DNA from: Candidatus Nanohalobium sp.
Lineage (GTDB): Archaea; Nanohalarchaeota; Nanosalinia; Nanosalinales; Nanosalinaceae
Assembly: GCA_042217555.1 (NCBI GenBank)
Contig: JBDGSL010000002.1
Location: 64,001-128,000 of the forward strand
Direction of reading: 5' to 3'
Length of the DNA stretch: 64,000 bases
This document shows positions 45,844 to 54,455 of this stretch, piece after piece. A program made the translations under genes and the position numbers. Positions within the stretch are counted from its first letter, which is position 1, and each line of letters begins with the position of its first letter. The notes under the pieces were generated by a model that saw only the letters and a program-made list of their open reading frames with translations, was not told the DNA's origin and did not search any database.

Positions 45844-46803
45844 ATGGAATGGTACACACGGGAAGAAGCAGAAACAGATCCGGAGTTTGGAGAAATGCCG
45901 GAGAAAAGAAACGCTGAAGAACTCTTGAAGAAAGGCTTTGTACTTGTTGACAAACCGTTCGGCCCGACAAGCAACCAGGTCAGCCACTGGATAAAAGAAG
46001 AACTAGACCTGGAAAAGACAGGACACTTCGGAACACTTGACCCCAACGCCACAGGAGTCCTCCCCGTCGGCCTCAACTCCGGTACCAGGATACAGGACGC
46101 ACTAACTCACGCAGACAAAGAATACGTATTCGAAGCAGAACTGAAAGAAGAAAAACCAGAGGAAGAGATCAAAGACAAACTACAGAGTTTCAAAGGAGTC
46201 AACAAACAAGTCCCGCCCGATCACTCAGCTGTAAAACAGGAGGAACGCGAAAGAAAAGTATACGAAATAGAGTTCCTGGAAAAACAAGGTAGAAACGTTC
46301 TCGGCCGTGTAAAATGCGAGTCAGGATTCTACGTAAGAGTACTCCTCCAACAACTCGGAGAAAAACTAGGTACAGAAACAGAAATGAAGGAACTTAGGAG
46401 AACACAGCAAGACGGATTCACAGAAAAAGACACCAACACCATACAGGACATAGTCGACGCATACAGATTCTACAGAGACAACAACGACGAAGAAAAAATA
46501 AGAGAAATACTACACCCGATCGAAGAAGCAGTCAGAAACACCAGAAAAATCGTCTTAAAAGACAGCGCAGTCAACGCAGTCGCCAACGGCTCCAACCTGG
46601 GAACCACAGGCATATCAAAACTACAGGACGGAATCAAAAAAGGAGAAACCATCGCCATAATGACCCTGAAAGGAGAACTAGTCGCACTCGCAGAAGCAGA
46701 AATGACCTCCGAACAAATATACGACCAAGACAGCACCGCAGCCACCCTCCAAAAAGTCTTCATGAACCCCGAAAAATACCCGCGAAGATGGAAACAGAAC
46801 TAA
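45844..46803 (+). CDS. cbf5: RNA-guided pseudouridine synthase Cbf5 (TruB family)
   Basis: DKPFGPTS, GHFGTLDP, CESGFYVR and PUA domain. Confidence 0.95.
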   Translation: MEWYTREEAETDPEFGEMPEKRNAEELLKKGFVLVDKPFGPTSNQVSHWIKEELDLEKTGHFGTLDPNATGVLPVGLNSGTRIQDALTHADKEYVFEAELKEEKPEEEIKDKLQSFKGVNKQVPPDHSAVKQEERERKVYEIEFLEKQGRNVLGRVKCESGFYVRVLLQQLGEKLGTETEMKELRRTQQDGFTEKDTNTIQDIVDAYRFYRDNNDEEKIREILHPIEEAVRNTRKIVLKDSAVNAVANGSNLGTTGISKLQDGIKKGETIAIMTLKGELVALAEAEMTSEQIYDQDSTAATLQKVFMNPEKYPRRWKQN

Positions 46804-46855
46804 ACCCTACCTAACAGCGCATAAAAAAATACGGCCAAAACAAACCATACAGGAA

Positions 46856-47011
46856 GCCGGGGTGACTGAGTCTGGCTAAAAGTGCCAGCCTGGAAAACAC
46901 CACTTGTCTAAGCGTATGCGAGAAAAGTGGTTTGAGAAAATCTTTGATTTTCGTACCAGTCAGCTGGTGGCCCATAACCGGGCCTCCTGGGTTCAAATCC
47001 CAGCCCCGGCG
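46856..47011 (+). tRNA. tRNA-Ser(GGA) with a 66-nt intron at 37/38 (46896-46961)
   Basis: Acceptor GCCGGGG/CCCCGGC; anticodon stem CCAGC/GCTGG; long variable arm; T-arm CTGGG-TTCAAAT-CCCAG. Confidence 0.9.
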
Positions 47012-47026
47012 CTTTACTATACTTTT

Positions 47027-47187
47027 GCTGGGATTATAAGAGAAGCTCCAGTTCTGCGAGCTTCGGGTTCAAATCTTGAAATTCTCTATGAGAATTTCTG
47101 CTCCACAAGTTCCAGGAAATTGTTATCAGCAACTTGGAAAGTTGCGTCCAGAAAATCTCAACGAGATTTTCGTGTCCAGCCCCGGCG
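47027..47187 (+). repeat. Duplicated 3' end of tRNA-Ser interrupted by hairpin inserts
   Basis: GGGTTCAAATC (47065-47075) and CCAGCCCCGGCG (47176-47187) repeat the tRNA 3' end, with three perfect hairpins between them and one just upstream. Confidence 0.7.
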
Positions 47188-47234
47188 AAGTCTTTTCCCT
47201 AAACTATTTTAACCAGCTTCTGTCTTTAATTGGT

Positions 47235-47645
47235 ATGGCGACTGCCCAAGAGTTGATGGATGAACCGGATTTTATTGATGCTGAGGCAGGTATTGATGAA
47301 GTGGTTGATGAGATTCACAGGCAGGAAAATACGTTGATCGTTCGGAGAGACGGTGATGTTGTCGGTGAGGTACATGAGCAGTCGCTTCTGAAGGTTTTAG
47401 TCCCGGAGGGTCGGCTCGACGAAGAGAAAGTAGTCGGTATTTTAGGCTTGTCGTTCGATGAAAGCTACGTTGCGGAGAAGGCCGAGGATATAATGAACAA
47501 GCATGAGGTAACTGTTGCGCCGGACGAGGAAACCAGCGAGATAGCCTTTGTTATGGATATGGAAGACCTGAGAGCTGTTCCTGTAGAAGAAGACGGCGAA
47601 ATCACAGGAGTAATACACGAAGACCGTTTAATAGAGGAGATTTGA
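47235..47645 (+). CDS. CBS-domain protein
   Basis: TAQELM...VVGEVHEQSLL; KAEDIM...AVPVEEDGEITGVIHEDRL. Confidence 0.85.
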   Translation: MATAQELMDEPDFIDAEAGIDEVVDEIHRQENTLIVRRDGDVVGEVHEQSLLKVLVPEGRLDEEKVVGILGLSFDESYVAEKAEDIMNKHEVTVAPDEETSEIAFVMDMEDLRAVPVEEDGEITGVIHEDRLIEEI

Positions 47646-47646
47646 G

Positions 47647-48849
47647 GTGGCAGCAAGTCTTTCCGGGGCAACGCTTCTCAACGTTGGGATACTGCTCGGC
47701 GCCTCGTTTATAGTCGGGGAACTGTTTGAACGGATAGGCCTTGAATCGATTCTCGGTTATATCTTCACCGGGTTGTTGATGGGTGCCGGGTTGAAGAACT
47801 TTGCCAAACTGACAGGTTTAATCCCGCCGGAGTGGGCGATCTCTGCATCTTCTGTAACTGCTTTTGCCACTGTCGGAGCGACTTTAATCCTTTTCCAGGC
47901 AGGCCTCAGGGAGCAAAACGTCAAGGAAATATTCATGCATAAACGTGGCCTCCAGCTCGGCACACTTGTACTCTCAGGATCATTCCTGTTCATTTTCTCC
48001 GCTTTAATGCTGACAGGAAGCTCCCTGCTGCCGTATCAAGGGGTTATGCCGCTGGTATTCCTCGCCCTCGCCTACTCGATCGTTGACATCGGTGTACCTT
48101 CCAAAATCATGCTTTCTAGAGGATTGATCCGTGAAGAAATGGGCAGCTACACCATTAAATCAGCGGTTATCAACGTTACAACCGGCTTCATGGTGATGAC
48201 CGGCCTTGTAATTCTTTTAACTCCGACGCTTCAGTCACAGGCGATTAAGACAGCGTCTATACTCGGTTTTGGCCTGGTTTTCTACTTCCTTCACGAGTTC
48301 ATTCATAGGATCGATGACTACATAGTCATGTTTGAAGAGGCGGAAGCCCAGTTCGCCATAACCTTCGCCCTGCTTCTCTCCATGAGCTATATGACCCAGA
48401 CCATCGGCATCTCCAGCGTCCTCGGAGCATTCTTCGCCGGCGTCCTCGTATCCAGAAGCGAGTTCACGGATTCCCGGGCATTCCAGGAAAAGATCAACGG
48501 CATCAGCGAAGGCCTGTTCGTACCGATCTTCTTCGCATGGTTCGGCCTCTCACTACAGATCTTCGGCAGCCACGGAATACTCGCCAACATCGAAGCCGCA
48601 ACCTACCTCTTCCTATTATCAACAGTGGCCAAACTCGGAATCGGCTACGCAGTAACAAAAATCCACAACATGGAAAAACCAGCCATGATCGCCTCATCAC
48701 TCATCAGCCTGGACATCGAAACACTGGTCGTACTCCTCATCGCCATCGATCTCGGAGTCCTCACCAACCAGATCCTCCAGATCTTCGCACCAAGCGTCCT
48801 ATTCTCCACCCTCACAATAATCGGACTCTACACCATCCTCGACCGATAA
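47647..48849 (+). CDS. Cation:proton antiporter (CPA2/Kef type)
   Basis: ILFQAGL, GISSVLGAFFAG and FVPIFF; multi-TM. Confidence 0.9.
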   Translation: MAASLSGATLLNVGILLGASFIVGELFERIGLESILGYIFTGLLMGAGLKNFAKLTGLIPPEWAISASSVTAFATVGATLILFQAGLREQNVKEIFMHKRGLQLGTLVLSGSFLFIFSALMLTGSSLLPYQGVMPLVFLALAYSIVDIGVPSKIMLSRGLIREEMGSYTIKSAVINVTTGFMVMTGLVILLTPTLQSQAIKTASILGFGLVFYFLHEFIHRIDDYIVMFEEAEAQFAITFALLLSMSYMTQTIGISSVLGAFFAGVLVSRSEFTDSRAFQEKINGISEGLFVPIFFAWFGLSLQIFGSHGILANIEAATYLFLLSTVAKLGIGYAVTKIHNMEKPAMIASSLISLDIETLVVLLIAIDLGVLTNQILQIFAPSVLFSTLTIIGLYTILDR

Positions 48850-48889
48850 AAAAGGGAAAAACTAAAAGAAGAACCTATAACAGTTCCTT

Positions 48890-50024
48890 ATGGATCCTGA
48901 CGAAATGCAGGAAAAATAGACGAACTGGAAGAGCAGTTTAAAGAAGGAGAGAGCCAGGTGAAGCAAGATCAGCAAGAGGCTGAGAACCTGGAGCAAGACG
49001 CCGAACAACACGAAGAAAAAGCCGGAAAAGAAGCCAAAGAAGCCGCTGCCGAGACAGAAGAAGCAGAAGAAACAGGGAACTCCCAGGAACTGGAAGACGC
49101 TGAAAAAGAAGAGGAAGCCGCCGAAGAAGAAACAGAAGAAGCAGAAGAAGAGATGGACCAGGCAGAGAAAGACATAGAAGAAGAAATACAGATAGAAGAA
49201 AAACAGGAACAGATGATAGAAGGCCTGGAAGAAGAAGCACAGGAAATGTCCAAGAAGCACTGAACAGCCTTCAACAAGAATACAGCCGGCTTCAAACAGT
49301 TAAACAGTCAGAAAACGCCCAGCTCACGAGAGAAGACTACCAGAACGTGGAAGAAATACTTGAAGAGTTCCAAGACGCGGTCTCACTTGTCAACGAGTCA
49401 ACCCAGATGCTCTCCGAACTAATGGACGAAATAATGGAGACAGAGAAAGAGGAAAACCAGGTTGAACAGTTAACAGCCCAGCTTACGCAAGAATTCGAGT
49501 TTATGGAGCGAGAGGTAGCAGAACTCGAGAAAGACTACGCACAACTCCAAGACCAGAAACATGAACAAATGGCGCAGAAAGAGGGACAAGAACTGAAACA
49601 GGAAGAAAAACATGAAAAACAGGAAGATCAAGAAGAACAAAAAATCGACGCCGAAATACAGAACGAAGTAAAGACTTCCGAACAGTTAATCAAGGAAGAT
49701 GAACAATTGCTCAAACTTGTAGACCAATCCATAGACGATTTGAGAAGCCTCTACCAGCTACTTCAAAGCGAGAAAAGCATCTGGAACTTCGCACTCAACA
49801 CTAATCCTCCTCTCGGAGACATAGAAGAGACAATCAACATGATGCAGGACGCCATGAACAGCGACAAAGACGCGCTCGAGGGAATAGAAAGCGAAGAATC
49901 AAAAGCCAGGAACATGATTCCCTCCAGAACAGCAGCTCGAGCAGGAATCACTGCATCAAAACTAATCCTGCTGGTAGTAGGTGTTGTAGTAGCGGCCTCA
50001 CTCTACTTCGTCTACGCGCCATGA
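48890..50024 (+). pseudogene. Acidic coiled-coil protein with C-terminal TM anchor, split by two apparent single-A deletions
   Basis: Adding one A at 48912-48916 and one at 49244-49246 joins MDPDEMQEKIDELEE..., 48958-49263 and 49347-50024 into one ORF. Confidence 0.7.
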
Positions 50025-50065
50025 CCTCTCCATAAAAAACTGTTTCTCCATACAGAAACTGTTGA

Positions 50066-50195
50066 AGTCCCCTGGGGTAGCGGTCAATCCTACCAGCTTC
50101 TGGACACCGGCTTCCTCTGTGAAGACGGTTTGAGAAGAGCTTGGCTCTTCGATTGGAAATGGCTGGTGACCCAGGTTCGAATCCTGGGGGGACTA
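50066..50195 (+). tRNA. tRNA-Gln(CTG) with a 57-nt intron at 37/38 (50104-50160)
   Basis: Acceptor AGTCCCC/GGGGACT; anticodon stem CCAGC/GCTGG; T-arm CCAGG-TTCGAAT-CCTGG. Confidence 0.9.
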
Positions 50196-50209
50196 AAACA
50201 CATGTCTTC

Positions 50210-50671
50210 TCAGATTTCCATGCAGTATTCTACCTGTTTCTTCTTGAATCCTTCTCTCCTGTAAAGTCTTCTGGCCTTCTCGTTTTCTGATTCTACATAC
50301 AGTTTCAGGTAGTCGCAGTCTTCCTCTACTTCTTTTTTGACATGTTCTATAAGTTCTGTGCCGTAGCCCTGTCCTCTAAAGTCTTTTTTGACGTAGAAGC
50401 TGAGTATTTCTGCATAACTATCTTTCTTGCGTGTTCTGCGGTGTCCTTTTTCCACACTGATATAGCCTATTTTCTCTTCCGAGTCTTCAAGGACATATAC
50501 AGTGTAGTTGTCTTCACTGAATTTTTCTCTTATGGCTTCCCGGGCCCTGCCTCTTGCATCATCTTTCAGAGAGTTAAAACGAGAGTATCTCTCCATTTCA
50601 CGGGCTAGAGGCAGCCAGAACTCGTCTACGATGGAATCTGACTCCTTTAGAGAGGCTTCACGGATCCTCAT
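50210..50671 (-). CDS. GNAT acetyltransferase
   Basis: MRIREAS..., FYVKKDFRGQGYGTEL and NEKARRLYRREGF. Confidence 0.88.
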   Translation of the reverse strand: MRIREASLKESDSIVDEFWLPLAREMERYSRFNSLKDDARGRAREAIREKFSEDNYTVYVLEDSEEKIGYISVEKGHRRTRKKDSYAEILSFYVKKDFRGQGYGTELIEHVKKEVEEDCDYLKLYVESENEKARRLYRREGFKKKQVEYCMEI

Positions 50672-50741
50672 GAACCAGAAACTACTTTTCCAATAACTTA
50701 AACCCTGTTGTCGTGAACCCTGTCCTTCTATAATGTTGGAC

Positions 50742-51104
50742 ATGGTTCTTGAAACTATGAAGTCAAGAGAGGACTATCTGAGAGCAATATATGAACTTGG
50801 AGATGAGGAAGGGACCACTACTTCAGAACTGGCAGAACACCTGGACGTGTCCGATGCCAGTGCCTCGGAAGCCATACAGAAACTGGAGGAGGATAACCTG
50901 GTATGCCGCGCACCGTACAGAGGATTCACCCTGTCACCTATAGGAAAAGCTGAAGCACAGAAAGTGGCCAGAAAACACCAAGTACTCAGAGAGTTCCTTG
51001 AGAAAACACTGGAAGTAGAGAAAGCGGAGGAACAGGCCGACGCCATCGAACACAGCATAACGGAAGAGACAGCGGAGAAGATCAAGGAACTCAATCAAGG
51101 TTAA
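50742..51104 (+). CDS. DtxR/MntR-family metal-dependent regulator
   Basis: REDYLRAIY, ELAEHLDVS and ADAIEH. Confidence 0.9.
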   Translation: MVLETMKSREDYLRAIYELGDEEGTTTSELAEHLDVSDASASEAIQKLEEDNLVCRAPYRGFTLSPIGKAEAQKVARKHQVLREFLEKTLEVEKAEEQADAIEHSITEETAEKIKELNQG

Positions 51105-51149
51105 CCTGTTTTCTTAAGTATTGGCTTCGTTCATTAAAACACAGCGTAC

Positions 51150-51320
51150 AGCCCCCTGGTGTAGTGGTCAAATAACTTGAGAACACCTCAGGTTAGGCAA
51201 TTCATATCGGCCTTTGGAGCCTCAAGTTCTCTCCGCCTGGAGAGAACGAGGATTAAAGGAAACAACTGAACGTTTCCCCAAAGTTAGCCGGTGACCCAGG
51301 TTCGAATCCTGGGGGGGCTA
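51150..51320 (+). tRNA. tRNA-Gln(TTG) with two introns (D-loop ~51172-51201; anticodon loop 51218-51285)
   Basis: Removing both inserts gives AGCCCCCTGGTGTAGTGGTCAA-TCATATCGGCCTTTGG-AGCCGGTGACCCAGGTTCGAATCCTGGGGGGGCTA, colinear with tRNA-Gln(CTG). Confidence 0.88.
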
Positions 51321-51474
51321 AACACCTATCATTAATCAATCTGGGCAAAAACCAGTTACAGCCCGAAAACTGTTTAGCCAATACCTAACACTTTCTCTCA
51401 GGAACTCAACACGGCAGGTCAATAACGGAAGCACAGTAGCCCGTCACATATTCACATCGAACCGTTAATGACCG

Positions 51475-52833
51475 ATGACGGAAACCGTCACCGCCTCCAC
51501 CAACACAATAAGGTGGGCGGAGTTCATTACAATGACAAACGAAAACGAACAGAACTCTGCACGCAAAGGCGGAGACCCTAACCGGATGAACGACAAACTC
51601 AAGAGCTCACTACAAAAAATCAAAAACTCCAACCAACTCACCGACCACAACAAAGAAACCTTGCTCGACTTCTACGACTACCTGGACAGAGTAGAAGACA
51701 TATCAGTCGGCAGAGTAGAAAGACCGCTCACCATCTGGCGAATCCTCCTGACAAGGACAGAGAAACAGTTCAAGATGGACGAACCCAGCAAGGAAGATAT
51801 CGTCAGACTTAAGAACGAGATAATGGACAATGAAATCAAAGATGTGAAGACAGGGACGAAACGAGAGTACCTGAAAGCGGTCAACAAGTTCTACAACCAC
51901 TACATGGAGTACAAGCACAAAGACTTCAACGGAGACAAGTACACCGGATTCTACAAACTCCCAGTAGTCAAGGACGACCAGAAAACCGACCCGGATGTAC
52001 TCCCAAGACCTCATCATGTCCAAGAACTCGTGGAAAACGCACCAAACCTCAGGGACAAAACTCTCATCATGTGCCTCTGGAGCACAGGAGCAAGGCGAGA
52101 AGAAGTACTCAACATCAAATGGAAACACGTCAAACTCCGAGAAGACGGAGGAAAAGTCAAGATACAGGAAAAAGACGAAGACGACTCCAAAAGAACAGTA
52201 CCGCTATACGAAGGCTACCTCTACCTACAAAGACTCAGAGAAGAAGACAAGATGGGAGGAGACCCAGAATCCTATGTCTTCAGAAGCACCAAAACCAACG
52301 AACAACTATCCTGCAACGGCTTATGCGAAGCCATCAAAAGAGCCAGAAGACGATCAGAACTACCTGAAGAAAAAGAAAACCTGAGAACCAACCCACACGC
52401 CTTCAGAAAAGGAAGAGCCGTATACCTCGCAAAGAAAGGCTTCACCTACACCGATCTCTGCCAACTACAGGGCTGGGAAATCGGCAGCGACATACCCAAA
52501 CGCTACATCCGAATAGCAGAAGGAGACATAGACAGCAGAGTCAGAGACAAAAGCAGAAACTTCGAAAGCGAAGACGAAGAACTCGGAGAAGGCTTCTACT
52601 TCGAACCACTACGCTGCCACGAATGCCACCACTTCAACCGATGGGAAGCAGACAACTGCGAATCATGCGGCCAAGTCCTCACAGAAAGCGAAATCTTCGA
52701 ACACACCCAGATAGAAGACATGACAGACGAACTAGTCTACGAAGTAGCACGAAGCGAAGCAGGAATACAACAAGAAGAAATCAAAGAAAAAGCCAAAGAA
52801 CTAGTCAAGGAAAGACAAGAAGTAGAGGCATAA
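51475..52833 (+). CDS. Tyrosine recombinase/integrase with C-terminal Zn ribbon (start may be 51532 or 51586)
   Basis: STGARREE, NPHAFRKGRA, QGW...RYI; CHEC...CESC. Confidence 0.92.
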   Translation: MTETVTASTNTIRWAEFITMTNENEQNSARKGGDPNRMNDKLKSSLQKIKNSNQLTDHNKETLLDFYDYLDRVEDISVGRVERPLTIWRILLTRTEKQFKMDEPSKEDIVRLKNEIMDNEIKDVKTGTKREYLKAVNKFYNHYMEYKHKDFNGDKYTGFYKLPVVKDDQKTDPDVLPRPHHVQELVENAPNLRDKTLIMCLWSTGARREEVLNIKWKHVKLREDGGKVKIQEKDEDDSKRTVPLYEGYLYLQRLREEDKMGGDPESYVFRSTKTNEQLSCNGLCEAIKRARRRSELPEEKENLRTNPHAFRKGRAVYLAKKGFTYTDLCQLQGWEIGSDIPKRYIRIAEGDIDSRVRDKSRNFESEDEELGEGFYFEPLRCHECHHFNRWEADNCESCGQVLTESEIFEHTQIEDMTDELVYEVARSEAGIQQEEIKEKAKELVKERQEVEA

Positions 52834-52943
52834 AGCCTCTTCTTTTCCTCAAATTTTTATTCTAGTGGCCTCCTAGGCAAATTACAGAACAAACACCTAA
52901 ACCAGACGAAACCTTTATATTATTACTTGAAAGTCATAACAGT

Positions 52944-53210
52944 ATGGCTGCAGAGTTTCAAGAACACAAGATACCTCAATTAGAAGAGGGAGAATTAGAA
53001 GGAGCGACAGCTTCAGAAGCCATGGAAGAGATAGAGCGACTGATGCAGGAAGAAAATGGCCGGATAAGCGAAGATGCAGCCGATTTTAGATATGAAAGAG
53101 AGAAAACAGAAGAAGGTTTCAGATATGTTCCGACCCTAATTCCGGAGTATTCGACACTGAAGAAGGACAGGAAATTAATGAAGAAATCTTTGAGATTGAA
53201 ACAGAGTTAG
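52944..53210 (+). CDS. Hypothetical protein
   Basis: 88-aa acidic ORF preceded by a TTTATA box. Confidence 0.5.
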   Translation: MAAEFQEHKIPQLEEGELEGATASEAMEEIERLMQEENGRISEDAADFRYEREKTEEGFRYVPTLIPEYSTLKKDRKLMKKSLRLKQS

Positions 53211-53251
53211 ATTTTGGAGAGGAAATTCTCTACGATGAAGATAATCAGAAG

Positions 53252-53815
53252 ATGGTGATAGACATGGGCTGGAACAGCGAAAGAGAAACATACCAAGTCA
53301 TAACGGAATCTCAAGAAGTATTTGAAAGCCCAGACTCGCCTATAATGTTCCGAAACGAAAAAGGCAAACAGGAAGGAATAATTGAATGGTATCCTGTCCA
53401 AGACAGAATCATCATGAAGAACTGTGAAGGCGAAAGAGAGAACTGGAAAGAGAGTAGCGAATACCAAGAAAAGAAGAAACTTGAGCTTTTCAGAGACCTT
53501 CGAAGACAGAGAAACAAGTTTGAATCTGCCGCAGAAGGTGACGAATGGGTTCTCCAGAATAGCGACTCAGCCGCCCAGAAGGCAAGAGAATACTTAATCG
53601 ATAATCTGTGCCCTATGCTCAAAGACAGGGGAAGAGTCAATGTAGCTCAAGGCGTCAAAAGACTTGGAGAGAAAGGTCCAAAGTACGGGAATCTGCTTCA
53701 AGAGTTTGACACAGCGGTAAATAGATTTGAGATTAAAGTCAGACAGGAATATGGTATGGACCCAGACAAAATCGAGATAAAGCATAGCAATGATAAGATT
53801 GTCTACCAAGAATAA
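53252..53815 (+). CDS. Hypothetical protein
   Basis: 187-aa ORF with host-like charged composition. Confidence 0.6.
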   Translation: MVIDMGWNSERETYQVITESQEVFESPDSPIMFRNEKGKQEGIIEWYPVQDRIIMKNCEGERENWKESSEYQEKKKLELFRDLRRQRNKFESAAEGDEWVLQNSDSAAQKAREYLIDNLCPMLKDRGRVNVAQGVKRLGEKGPKYGNLLQEFDTAVNRFEIKVRQEYGMDPDKIEIKHSNDKIVYQE

Positions 53816-53826
53816 GGGTAAGAACA

Positions 53827-54324
53827 ATGACTGAAGAAAACCCTCGAACCGATGGAATACCAGAAGAAATAGACTATGACATAGACCCAGAAGATGTTCC
53901 AGAATCTTGGGAGGACATGGTAGATGAAGAAATAGCCGACATAGACACAGATTATCTTGATGCAGACTACGTGAATAAGGCAGGTTATGGAGAGCTGCTT
54001 GAAGCACTAGGATATGTAGACGGGGCAGTAGAAGGAAGAGAAGTCGACGTTGAGATAGATGAATACACCACAGACCAACTTAGATGGGGTTCACTAGACG
54101 GACCTGTAGTTCTCAACCTTGAGATGGATGCCACTGACATCCTAGATGATATTGACGACTCCAGACTTACATATAAAGGAAAGTTCGTGGAAGTAGATCA
54201 CGAACCTCCGATTGTCCTCGGATTTGGAACTTACGAAGGAAGTTCAGACCATCAGCCGAGATTCTCAACCGAAAGCCTACGTGTCTCAGCCCCTAATAAC
54301 GATTTCTACGACGGCTTCGAGTAA
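53827..54324 (+). CDS. Hypothetical acidic protein
   Basis: 165-aa D/E-rich ORF. Confidence 0.6.
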   Translation: MTEENPRTDGIPEEIDYDIDPEDVPESWEDMVDEEIADIDTDYLDADYVNKAGYGELLEALGYVDGAVEGREVDVEIDEYTTDQLRWGSLDGPVVLNLEMDATDILDDIDDSRLTYKGKFVEVDHEPPIVLGFGTYEGSSDHQPRFSTESLRVSAPNNDFYDGFE

Positions 54325-54413
54325 CGCAAACCAGTTCAAGATTTAAAGTTTGACTTCGATTTTCCTCACCATCCTTTCCTCTTGAGATAATACGAACACG
54401 AACATGAAAAGAA

Positions 54414-54450
54414 TTATAAAGTTACTACGATAAGATAACAACATAAGGTG
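54414..54450 (+). promoter_or_regulatory. Promoter/SD module, repeated at 61279-61316
   Basis: TTATAAAGTTACTAC-N6-7-ATAACAACATAAGGTG precedes both 54456 and 61323. Confidence 0.7.
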
Positions 54451-54455
54451 TCAAC

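Noticed and set aside
45844..46803. mRNA intron in cbf5, as in some crenarchaea
   Set aside because: The ORF is continuous through the GPTS and GTLDP motifs.
46904..47212. 102-aa ORF overlapping tRNA-Ser
   Set aside because: It runs through the tRNA intron, 3' exon and hairpin inserts, and has no protein-like features.
50182..50197. tRNA-Gln(CTG) 3' end as the left att site
   Set aside because: It ends GGGGACTAAAA, whereas the right repeat GGGGGCTAAAC matches tRNA-Gln(TTG), which is adjacent to the integrase.
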